DNA of 64,000 nucleotides from Chrysemys picta bellii (taxonomy: Eukaryota): positions 88,784,001 through 88,848,000 of the forward strand of contig NC_088791.1 in the NCBI RefSeq assembly GCF_011386835.1. Direction: 5' to 3'. Below the pieces are notes generated by a model. The model was not told the origin of the DNA. It saw only the letters and a program-made list of their open reading frames with translations, and did not search any database. A program made the translations under genes and the position numbers. Numbering within the stretch: the stretch's first letter is position 1; each line of letters opens with the position of its first letter. Positions 52,482 through 64,000 of this stretch are shown in pieces.

Positions 52482-52570
52482 TCAATTCCTTGCACAGCGG
52501 AGCAGGCTTTCCAAATTTAACCCTGCTCCCGCCCGTAGACTAGAAAAGGGACTCTTGTCTATAGATGATC
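52482..52570 (+). promoter_or_regulatory. Orphan promoter-like module, diverged copy
   Basis: CAATTCCTTGCACAGCGGAGCAGGCTTTCCAAATTTAACC..GTCTATAGA between convergent H2A and H1 pseudogene. Confidence 0.4.
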
Positions 52571-53060
52571 ACTACATTTCTCCTTACCCCCACCTGGTGG
52601 CCGAAGCTATATTCTCTCGGGCGCACACAACTTCTCTCCCTCACACAAGAAGCGTGGAGTTACAGTAACTCACTCCCCTAACGCTCGACTCTAACACTAG
52701 TATTGAATCTTCTAAGTAATTTTCTTAGTACATCGAATCCTCTACCCGAAGAAAATGAAAGCTACAAGTGATCTGTAAAGGTGTTCCCATTCGTTTGCTT
52801 TCTAGCAAGGGCGTCCGGTCTGTGGCGCGAATGACCCAAATAAACCCCATTTCCCCGGGGCTGCTTCATGTTCACTCCCAACGAGCCCACAAAAGTATGT
52901 TTTATTGGGCCCTTTCCTGTGATTTTAAGGGGCAAGATTGAAAAGGGAATTTCTCCCTTCCATGAAAAGCACCGTGAGGTTGTTAATAAACGAACCTTGT
53001 CAGCTATTTTGGGGAAGGAGTGGATGGCTTTGGGTTTCTTTGAATGACAAGAATCTTCAT

Positions 53061-53650
53061 TAATTTAACTTTTTCCTGGGCGCCGCCTTCTTTGCCTTCA
53101 TCTTTCCTTAGCTTCGGATTGGCAGCCTTGGGCTTCAACGCTTTGACTTCTTAGCCTGGGTAGTTTTAGCCCTTTCCGGGCTCTTGGCTGCTTTCTTGGT
53201 TTTTTTTTTTTCCCCGAGCTCCTTTTCGCGATCTCAGCCTTATGGGGCTGCTTCACAGTTGGTTTCGTAGGCTCTGCCTTTGTTGTTTGTTTCGGGGTTG
53301 GGGTTTTTTGTGCCTGTGCCCGCCCCCCCCGCGCGTCTTTTCCTAGGTCTCTGTCGACTTCCTGCTGATTTTGAAGAAATGGGAGGCCCGGGTGCTTTGG
53401 TCTGAACCAAGATGCCCTCGCTCACCAGACTTTTGATGAGACTATTGCTTTTCCCCACATCGTACCCTCCGGCAGGCCACCTAAGAGCGGTCAAAGAGAG
53501 CCCTTTGCGCTTAGAAGCAGACATTGATCAGCTGGGACCCGAGGACTTGCAGGTTTTGGAGCCTCCTGCCGCCGCCTTCAGCTTTTCAGCGGAGGCTTTA
53601 GCTCAAAGATAAGAAACAGCCGGAGCAGCAATAAGCGCTGTTTCCGACAT
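53061..53650 (-). pseudogene. H1: Histone H1 pseudogene
   Basis: [38 protein letters not shown], several frameshifts and deletions; stem-loop deleted at 53028/53029. Confidence 0.92.
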
Positions 53651-56359
53651 ACTGTACTAGCAGAATTTTTCTATAACTCATTGGGGGGGGGGGGGAGTGG
53701 GGGGGAAGCTGGCGCCTGTTGTTCATACACCAGAGGTATTCTGTGATTGGTGCATTAAGGAGCCCGCTCGGGAAGGACTTTTCTGCCCGCGCAGGGTTTT
53801 GGGGTGTTTTTTTCAGAGTTAAAAAAAGTTTTGTTTTTCACAATAATTGCCACCGAATCATTTGATTTTACAACTGGGTGAAGGGGAAGCAGGGTATTTT
53901 TATTCAGTAGGGCTTCCCATTGGATAAACCAATAATGAGTTAAAGAAGAACCAATAAATTAAGACTGTACCCTTGGAAATAAAATTACAACTACAAGGGG
54001 ATCTTCGTCTTTAAAGGGCTACCTCCAAATCAGGGTAGAAAGCCAGTGATTTCAATCTTTTTTTTTTTTCCCCGGTTCAAATTGATTTTGGAGAAGGGAC
54101 CGACCTTCTGTTACTTCCTCTGAATTTTGAATACGAGAGAAGAATTGGTTCCCATAACCAAGTATTTTACCTCCTAAACACAGTAAATGTATACATGTAA
54201 TTGTCATAGTGTACCTTTCTAGATATTCCAATACAACATACAAAGTTATTTTTAAGTTTTAAAGACATTTTATTGTTTGAATTAATTACATTCCTATATA
54301 ATTTCTGTTTATTAAATGCAAAAAAACAAAGTAGTTGCTAGAGTAATATTTTGATTGTATTTTCAAAAGCAAGAAAGACTGGGGTTTTTTACACCATTAT
54401 TTCTGATGACATTTTGCTAGTCAGAAATTGTTGCTGTAAAAACATGAAGTTATATAGAGGACATTAATTAAAGATCAAAATGCTTTCAATCCATTATTTC
54501 TTTTTCCACTTACATTTAATAGTATGCAAAAGTGCTTTTAGTAAACTGGACAATTAATGTTAGCTCTATGAATTACTCATATTTGTATTGCATTGTGAAC
54601 TGCATGAAAATTTTATACCTACTGGTCGTTTTGTTTTGATTTGATTTCTTTGTTTGTTTTTTAGCACTAATAGAACATGATTCAGTGTTTTGGGTTTTTT
54701 TTTGAAAAGGTAATGAGAGCCTTACCTCAGTTCAAAAATGAACTCATAAGCTCTAGTTATAACTAATTAATTACAAGTTCACAAAAAGTTCTGAATTATA
54801 CATCTGAATTATCCATAACAATAAAAGTGAATAAACTGTATATTCTCTTTCCATTCCATAACAGTAGCTAGAGATTGCTCATGATAATTTTGGCTGTAAC
54901 CTGGTGAAAACTAAGGCACAATCAGGTCCTAAACAACAGGGAAGAAGCCAATTTGCTATTGAAGATGATAAACCATGATAAATAAAATTAAGGCACATCA
55001 TAGCAATAAGTAATAACAGTAATAAGAAAATGTTACTTACCAGAATCAACACTGGTTATTTAAGAAATATAATGGTTGTTTTTGCTTTGTTTTTCTCCTG
55101 TACGCTATGTTGTGGACAGGCCCTCATGTAGTTATTAGAAACAATAGTCGATGTAGCCTAATGAATCCCCAAGATAAAATGAGAGAAGACATTTAGCACT
55201 TTTAGTATAACCCTTTAAAGGACTTCTTTGTCACTTAAAAAAACCCCAAATGTATGAGACATGATAAATTTGTGATGGTTACTACAAAGCATACTCAGAT
55301 GAAATGCAAACAATACATGAAAGCTATTAAGATAAGCAATCTCCTCCTTGTCTGCTGTTTAGATTCATCTCAATTTGTGTTTTTTGTGTTTTTTTTGTTT
55401 TTTTTTTTTTTTTAAAGGAGGGAACAGGGTTGGGAGAGAGAGGGGATGAGAAAAAACAGCTCCATGTTTCATCCTTAACATAAAAGTCAACCTGAGAAAG
55501 GCCCATAGGAATATGATTTTAGAGAATTGTCAGTAAAACTGAAGCACAGGAGGTAAGATATGGATGCATTGTTTGCTAGTGGCATGGTATTGCCAGTCTG
55601 GTTCACTTAGTTTCCCCTTAAAGAGAAAATTATGCTAAGCATCACCCCGAAAATGAGGATGTTTTAAAAATACTTTGAATTGTCTGTGAGCATCTGTCCT
55701 CTTTGGGTATAAGTAGTTCATCTTCCCCAAATTACAAAATAATTTCATTACAAAATGAAAATATGCATTTTAATTTGTTAATGATTTTATCTGATTCCAA
55801 AACTGTGCTTACGAGGGTTCATTAGTCAATCTTTGCTTCATTCAATACTTGTGCATTTCATTTTGCTTCATGATAGGTGTACATACAGTCACTCTTCCCT
55901 CCACCCACATGCCCATTTATCCATTCATAAACACCCCACATGGAACAATCCTGCACTTGGGGAAACACCTGTGTTCACCAGACTCCTACACAAGCCACTC
56001 CCCCATATTTCAATTAAACTCACTCCCCTGAACTCTATCCAGATGTAGTCCCTGCACAGTGTCACATCCCTTTGCTCAAATCCAGACACTCCCATGCTCA
56101 CAATTTTTTCTCTCCACCGTTTGCACACTGTCACCATTTACCATGTACCCTCTGCTAGATTCCAACTTTCTAGAATGAGGGGTATGGAGGTAGCAGAACT
56201 GTTTTTCTTCTCTGCTGCACTTTTTCCAACCTGGCCCTTCCCAGCTGAAGCCCTACTTCTTCCCTAATAACCATATGTTGTTGTTATTTTTAATCCAGTA
56301 GGGCCTAAAGTGCCCAACCAGTGCCACAGTCCTATTGCTCTAGGCATTGTACCAACTAA

Positions 56360-57830
56360 GGCCTTGTCTACACTACAAAGTTTTGCCAACGCAAGTTATG
56401 CCAACATACAGCCACCACTGTAATTAAACGGCAGTTGCATGTCCACACTATGCTCCTTGTGTCAGTGGAGCGCATACACAATAGCAGCTCTTGCATTGAG
56501 ACAGAGCAGTGCACTGTGGATAGCTTTGGGAAGTGTTTGCAATGCCTCATGGGGGGAGGTACAGTGTCATATGATGAAAGTTTCTAAATCCCATCATTCC
56601 ATGGGCATTGTACTAGATTGCCAACTGCTTTTCAACTGCTTTGGTAACCTGCAACCCAGCCATCTCTGTCACAAAGCATGGATCCTGCACTGCTCTTCAG
56701 TATTGTGTTGTGCATTATGACTACAAGGCTATAAGAGGAGCCCAATGGGAAGCTATTCAGCTGGGGATGCCTTGAAGGAGCATGATAACACTGAGCCACA
56801 ATAATGTGTGTTGCTATAATGTGCTGAGCCTGGCATTGTTTGTCTGCACCGTGCTATGAACCTTATAATGATTGCTGTGTGTGCCTGAAAAGTAACACAT
56901 TTTAAATCATTTTTTTAAAGTAGCACTTGGTAATATGACCAAACTGACATTGCTGAACACTAACACAAGAAGCCCACAGTGTGTTGGGGGAGTGTGTGAG
57001 AGATTCTGTGGGGGGAAGGAGAGAGTAAGTGAGAGAGAGACAGAGTATTTGTTGGGGAAGTGTGTGTGTGTGGGCAAGCTATCTCTTTAACAGGCAGCAG
57101 CCGGAAGTAAACAATCCTGAGGAAGAAGCTGGTGCACAGACAGCTGGTGCCCCCCTGTCCCTCTATCCCAGCTCAGCGGAGACCAGTACACCAGCGGGAA
57201 CACCCCAACATCAGCCCCCAACTCAATCCCTGGCTCTGCACAGCACAGCACAAGTCTCTTCCTTTCCCTCCTCACAGCAGCAGCCCCCCTCGCCTGCCTG
57301 CCACTGTGGTCCTAGTGCTGGAGAGAGCAGGATTCCGCATTAATGTTTTGATTCCGTGATTCCCTCCGAGTTCTCCCACAGCCTCCTCTCCTCACAGACC
57401 AAGGAGACCCACCCGCTCTCTGTAGTCCAGGCAGAAGTGCATTTGCTGCCACCGAGCCGGCATGCTCAGTTGGGAAGTAGCTATGCAAGTTCTCCATGCT
57501 GAGCAGTTTCAAAACTTTCTGAGGCTTTGAAAGGACAGGGGTGCATGCCAGTGTAGCTGGATGCAGGGCAGTGGAGTTCAAAACAGTTGAGCTGAGCGGT
57601 CACGGTGGGCATTGTGGGATACCTCCCAGAGGCCAGTTACAGTGACACTGACACTTTGTCGATCTAACTTTGCTGCATAAAGCTCTACACGTCTTGTCAA
57701 GGTGGTTTTATTTTGTCAGCGAAGCAGGAAAGTTTTGTCGGAAGGAGGAGTGTTGTAGTGTGTACACCTCCACTGTTTTGTTGAAAAAAGCTGTCTTTTG
57801 TCAACCAAACTGCGTATTATAGACAAGTCC
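56360..57830. mobile_element. Internally deleted non-autonomous Harbinger
   Basis: TAA then TIR GGCCTTGTCTACACT; diverged right TIR; decayed transposase 5' region near 56680-56900; left-end-type subterminal sequence at 57450-57830. Confidence 0.7.
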
Positions 57831-58687
57831 ATGGCATAGAATAAGAAATGTTCCCTCCCCTGCAGCCTACACTCTAAAAAGTCAGGGCAGAAAAACAGTT
57901 ACAGAGAAATAACAAATACGCTGTTTAGAGGATTACAGCAGGAGAACTGATAAAAAATAAGAATGCCTTTGCACCAAGGTATCAATGCTCTGACTCCCCA
58001 TACTACTACTGCCAAAAGCGCCCCAGTGGGCCACGGCACTAGGTCTGGGGAATCCCTTCAAATATTGACCATTTGATGCGGAGGCTCTGGCATCACTTTT
58101 ATCTTGGACACATCCTTGTGGGGCACCTCTAAATGCTCAGGGAAACCCTAAAGTCATTTACCCTCATGCCATCTCTTCTCCACACACAAGAATAGCTCAT
58201 CAACCTGCATATATCCATTTCCACTAACCCCTTGTCTGCAAGGCAAGAGGTGTGGGGTGGGGACGGTTGGTTGGTTTTGTTTGTTTATGTTTTGTCACTT
58301 TTAATTGATACTTTAAAAATTAAGGGGTTTTACACCACTTTATTAAGGCTTTTTAATGTTGTGTTTTGGGGGCAGGGGAAGGGAGAGAGCATGACATGCT
58401 CTCAGTTTTTTAGATATCTTAATTTCAAGATTCACATATGCAAAAACACAGAGGTATCAGAAATTAGGAAAAAAAGAAGCTTCTGTCCCTTATGCTTGCA
58501 GTTTAGTTTCTGGAAGGCCACAGACACATCACACAATCTTACTGGACACTCCCAAAAAAGACAAACATTCACTGGAATTCAGCTGCTAAGGCATCATTGC
58601 AGTTTACCATTCATGTTACAATAACTTGCCACATGGTTATTCACTGTCCCAAATCTTTGTTAATACAGCGTTCAGAGTGACCAACAG

Positions 58688-58910
58688 CAGGGCCGGCTCC
58701 AGGCACCAGCTTACTAAGTAGGGTGCTTGGGGCGGCCACTTCGGAGAGGGGCGGCACGTCCAGCTGTTCGGCGGCAATTCGGCGGACGGTCCCTCACTCC
58801 TGCTCGGAGCGAAGGGCCTCCCGCCGAAGTGCTGCCGCAGATCACGATTGCGGCTTTTTTGTTTGTTTGTTTGGCTGCTTGGGGCGGCCAAAACCCTGGA
58901 GCCGGCCCTG
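58688..58910. mobile_element. hAT MITE (223 bp)
   Basis: Perfect 16-bp TIR CAGGGCCGGCTCCAGG; 8-bp flanks ACCAACAG / ACCGACAG; CpG-rich. Confidence 0.9.
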
Positions 58911-59855
58911 ACCGACAGTGCCTCATGCCTTTACAGAACACTAACGCCACTAAGCTCCAAGGCTCTGAAAACCAGGACATACCGAATTATGGTGCACAAT
59001 TAACTACCCCCTTGGAGTTGTCAGTAGCCACTGAGGATATATTGTAAGTATGTTTCAGTGAGAGCTACCCTATATTAAGTGGACATGAGGAATGTCTTGC
59101 AAATTAAATAGCAAAAAAAGTTAGTTAACACAGAGTTAAGGTTGCCCAGTCTCCAGGCAGGAGCCATTCACCAGTGTGGTGACCTCCCCTGTGGCTGGGG
59201 CCTTGTTCTCCAACTCCTCGCAGTCCTTACTGGGGTCTCTGCTCTGCACCTCCAGTACCACTGCCTTCCTTAAACCTTGTGCCAGCAGGAATCAGGTGTC
59301 ACTGGCCCTGTGTCTATGCAGGGACGCTTCTGCATCTCCGCTACCATGGGCCTGCTCCCTCACTCACCAGCCAGACATGTGAGAGTCATCTTTGAGCAGG
59401 TACTCTTCAGCAGCACCCCACAGCTGGTGACTCAACATTTTCCTTGCAGTTCTGGCCAGGGGTCTCTGTTCTGCAGGGCCAGGACCAAAGCCTCCCCCAA
59501 CCCTTGCACCCTAGGGTCTTGGGCCCCTCAGATGTGCAGGAAACTCTCTGCAGACCTGCTATCGGTGCTGTCCTAACTCTACCCCAACCCTACTGCCCAC
59601 TTCATTTCCAACAACAGTAGAAATAAAAATCAATACAAACAAAAGCATCTTAAAAATCAAAATTGACATTAATCATTACAATTAGAAAAAAATAAAGATG
59701 GAATTCTGACAGCAGAGCTGTCCATCTGCTATAATGTGCAATTTTATGTGGTATGTTGTGTCCCACAGAATTGTATTCCTTCATTCATCACCATGCACCC
59801 CAACTGCACTTCATTGTGTTGACTAGTGGAAGGATTACTTTCAGCAGGTCACCAT

Positions 59856-61043
59856 TGTGACGTTGTGCAGTCTATATGGTTTTATAAAAACATGATAATA
59901 AGTGACTATAATGTAACTGGGATAGTTTTAGAAAAATATGGTAATAAGTGAATATAACGTAACTGGGATATGCTTCATGCAAAAGGTCTCTTGTAAGGTA
60001 TCATTACAAAGTTATAATCTACTGAGTATGATCATCTGATTTGTATAAATGCACCACTCTTGTATCTAAAACTAGAAATATAAAATGTAACTCTGAGGGC
60101 CTATTGTAATTATGTAAAGTGTGGGCCATTAATGATGGTTTGGAATCTTGATGACTCCCATTGTCTGCAGATGGCTGTTTACCTGTGAGTCTTCCTGTAT
60201 ATGTGTGTGCTGGCAAGTGAGTAATGAAGTCTTGCAGTGACATGTGATCATGTCACCTGAACTGGAATCCATCTTTAACCTCGTGCTTTTCCAGTGAGGG
60301 GGGTTGGAAACCCAGAGGGACAAAGAGTTCCCGCCTTATGCAAAAGACATATAAAGGGGTGGAAGAGAACAAAGGAGGGAGAGGAGCCATCATGAAGAAT
60401 CCCCTAGCCATCACCTGAGCTGCAACAAGAGCTGTACCAGGGGAAAGAATTGTGCCCAGGCCTGGAAGGTGTCCAGTCTGAGAAAAAACTTACTGAAGCA
60501 TCTCTGAGGGTGAGATTATCTGTATTCAGTTTGATTAGGCATAGATTTGCGCATTTTATTTTATTTTACTTGGTGACTTACTTTGTTCTGTCTGTTACTA
60601 CTTGGAACCACTTAAATCCTATTTTCTGTATTTAATAAAATCACTTTTTATTTAGTAATTTACTCAGAGTATGTATTAATACCTGAGGGAGCAAACAACT
60701 GTGCATATCTCTCTATCAGTGTTATAGAGGGCGAACAATTTATGAGTTTACTCTGTATAAGCTTTATACAGGGTAAAACGGATTTATTTGTGTTTAGACC
60801 CCATTGGGAGTTGGGCATCTGAGTGCTAAAGACAAGCACACTTCTGTGAGCTGTTTTCAGGTAAACCTGCAGCTCTGGGACAAGTGATTCAGACCCTGGG
60901 TCTGTGTTGGAGTGGACTGGAGTGTTTGGCTCAGCAAGATAGGGTGCTGGAGTCCTGAGCTGACAGGGAAAACAGGAGCAGGGGTAGTCTTAGCACATCA
61001 GGTGGCAGCTCCCAAGGGGGTTTCTGTGATCCAACCTGTCACA
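59856..61043 (+). mobile_element. Solo LTR (1188 bp)
   Basis: TG..CA ends, 5-bp target duplication ACCAT, TATA CATATAAA near 60348, AATAAA near 60634; closely similar to 14733-15604. Confidence 0.88.
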
Positions 61044-63308
61044 ACCATGACTCACACTGTGATAAGAAGGAGAAGTGAATTTACACCCAAAGGCACAACA
61101 AACCTCTTATTTCTTATTGATGTGAATGACAATGGTCTATTCTTGCCAGGGGGATTTGTAACACTCTTGTAAAATATATGACACTGTACTACACGGTGGA
61201 GGTAAGTGCCATTAATGTTACAAAGGGAGTCCTTCCTATTCTCTTGTATGCTATATAGGTTCTTATACTGTCCTCATCACCCTAGTATCAGAATGCCTTC
61301 CAGTGTAACATTAAGTGACTAAACATCAGTCACACGTTTGTTCTCTCCTCCTCTCCTCCAGAAAGAGAAGCACATACGGTGGCATGCCATGTTTTTGTTG
61401 TTATATGTATAAATAAGTTTTAACAGCACACTGAAAAAGCACAGGATGTTGGTGGATTGAGCCTTTGGTTGAGAAAAGACAAGATGGTGTTATCTACAAT
61501 CATTTGGACTGCAGTATGTGTACAATGTGACTGATCTCAGTGGGGACTGCTGTACACAGCACAATATATTTGAGCATAAGGAAGGGTTCTTTCGCCATCA
61601 ATGGGTTGGTGACTGTGAATTTTTACAGGCCCTGAACAAGCAAGAAGAAAGTACACCTCTGTTTTGAATGAGAATGCTGCAGACTAAGGCTGGGCCTAGC
61701 AGAGCAAGAGCAGTAAAGGATGCCTTGTGTCCCCTCATCTTAGATTTGAGGGAGAAATTAATTAATGAGAGCACTGCATTAGTGCACCATATCAATTTAT
61801 TTACAGCTAGTCAAATAATCAGTTGCATGTATTATTAACCAGAGAATTAATTAAAATCCTGATTTTTAAGTTGCTGTTACTCCGTAATATTTTTATACTA
61901 CACAAACACCAAAGGATTGTAGTACACAAAATATTTATTGCAGGTTTCTAACACAGGCAGCCCAACTATCACAAACTAACAGGCATTTGCAAAAGCACTC
62001 AACCCTAAAACAGCCCAAACTAGAAAAAGTAAAGTATGCACAAACAGGAAACATCGAAGCTCCATGTCAAGTGTAAATCATCAGTGTACCTGCTCTCCTC
62101 CTCCTGTGTAGACAGAGTATGGAGTATATTGGGTATTGCTGACCATGTGCACTTTCATGCATGGACCGAGGCACTGAGTGGCTGAGCCCTCAACCCAAAT
62201 TGTACAGTGGCCGAAGAACATAGTAATGTGGTCTGCATGCAATCGGAGCTGGTGGGACATCAAAGTGGGGTTTTGCGTTACCCTCTTACCAGCTGGTTTA
62301 ATGCTGAGAAGATGTCTTCCTGGTCACTATTCTCAAACAGAACATGTTCTATTGGACCTGGAGAGTTGCTGGTACTGGAAACAAAGTTAAAACATGACGG
62401 CTGAATGTTTAGTCAGCCAATACCAATTGGTAGGTGATTTCTGATCTAGAAGGAAGGAATAGATAGAAAACAAGAGAAGATAGCCCAGTGGGAACAGTGG
62501 CAAGGCAAAGAAGGGTTAGCAGCACTTGAATGTCACAAGGCTATGTTCACAGGACAGGGTGGTCGTGTTATCAGCTGACAGGGCTTTAACCTATATATCC
62601 ATTGGTGCCACTTATTTGAGGTACTAGAACCAAAACACACAAGTGTGGCATTTTGTATTTGTGTGTGTAACGGGGATTAGTTAACAGGAATAACTGAGCT
62701 ATAATGTGAGTTAACTTGGCAGTGAAGAAAATCCCCAACATTTAACCATTTTGTCTACTCCAGACAAAATATCATATATTTGCCATATGATTACACCTAA
62801 TTATCCTGCTAAGGATTTCTTTGGGGCCATTATCTTTGGTTAGACCTGCCTGAGCATTGTGCACGGTGAAGTGTGTCACCAGACTGGTGGAACTGCTCCG
62901 AGCAATAGTGCAGCAGAAAGGACAACGAGGGTGCATGACCCTATGTGAATGCCAGTGCAGATGTGGGGTTTTGATGGTAGCTGGCAATATACAAGTATTA
63001 GGACTGGTCTATATGTAAAAGTTTAGCCAGAATAGCTATATCACACCTATAACCTACAACTATGTGCGCAAAAGCCCTACGTGTAGAGGCAGTCATTCAG
63101 GAAAACATAAGATACACTGGCAAAAGAATTAGCAGATGTAAAGACTAACCTACAATAGCAAGTTTAAGGGTAGTCAGACTTATGGACCCACAATATCTGA
63201 GGCTTTTAATGTAATGATCACATACTAGTTTCTGCACAGAACAGGTGCCTCATTCAGCTCCAGGATGGATGGTGGTTCATGGAATAAATCCGTGGTGAAG
63301 GAGTCTGT

Positions 63309-63883
63309 TGTCATAGAACCTCTTCATCATTTCTTGAAGAAGTTGAAAGATTGCCAAGGCCCCCTGGGTCTCACTGAACACTGACAAATGCATAGCTGGA
63401 CACCAAGCTGGCTCACCTGTGTTAGTATAGTTAAATAGGTGTTAGATTTATAGAGGTGTGTTTAGTATTTGGACTTTATGAAATGCTTGTAAGTTGCTGC
63501 ATTCTTTAATCTCACTTATAATATCTTTATCCTATGCTATAAGATAATATTTAAGTGTTTGCTTTGTAACTATAAAAGTGTCTGCTCTAAAACTATAAAC
63601 TGGCACACTCAGGATGGAAGCATTACCAGGTGTGAAGTACAAGTTCTTTGGGACTGGGAGTAACCTGAATATTGTGGTGATTTTTGGTGTAAGACACCAT
63701 CTAACACAAAGGCAGGCTTGCTTTCGGAGGCTTGCTATAGTGCTTTAGGAGTTCACACTGGTTACTTAGTTGGTGAAATGTAATTATAGAATGTACAACT
63801 AGTTTGTGGTTCTTGCCTTTTTCCTTGACAGTGTGCCCTGAGGTTGGCACTCATGCTTCTGAGCTACTCTAGGCAGCTTAACA
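63309..63883 (+). mobile_element. Probable old solo LTR
   Basis: TG..CA ends; 3' portion resembles the end of the LTR at 9519-10568; target duplication imperfect. Confidence 0.45.
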
Positions 63884-64000
63884 GTGTATACTATCTGAAG
63901 TACTGGTACAGGCGAATCTAGACCAGCCCATAATTAAAGTGCCTGCCCCTCAGCTAAGGGGCCAAGGGGAACCACTAAGCCCAGGCTGCAATTGATTATG

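Noticed and set aside
59140-59580. GC-rich stretch with short open frames on both strands
   Set aside because: No recognisable protein motif or convincing exon chain.
61330-63250. Acceptor-like sites and short ORFs that might be host exons or an old transposon
   Set aside because: I could not assemble a consistent frame or match any family by eye; it needs BLASTx or RepeatMasker.

Overview
Vertebrate genomic DNA, most likely a turtle (inferred from the repeat families), containing a replication-dependent histone gene cluster undergoing birth-and-death evolution. Intact, intronless genes with 3' stem-loops: one H1 (19761-20414), three H2A, three H2B and three H3.2-type genes. One H4 gene (5817-6128) encodes canonical H4 from residue 2 on but has ATT where the ATG should be. 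At least 13 histone pseudogenes or remnants lie between them (four H1, three or four further H4, two H2A, two H2B, two H3). An old duplication of about 9 kb (about 170-9150 vs about 19260-27760) underlies part of the layout. Mobile elements include a near-intact autonomous PIF/Harbinger transposon (37609-41625), Harbinger derivatives and MITEs, hAT MITEs, a young 5'-truncated CR1 LINE, Penelope-like elements carrying hammerhead ribozyme motifs, and solo LTRs. Top leads: (1) a spliced, antisense third ORF nested in the Myb-gene intron of the Harbinger, conserved at protein level in a second, divergent Harbinger; (2) the ATT-start H4, the only non-decayed H4 in the window; (3) a recurring promoter-like module with no gene behind it. 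All alignments were done by eye; no database searches were run.
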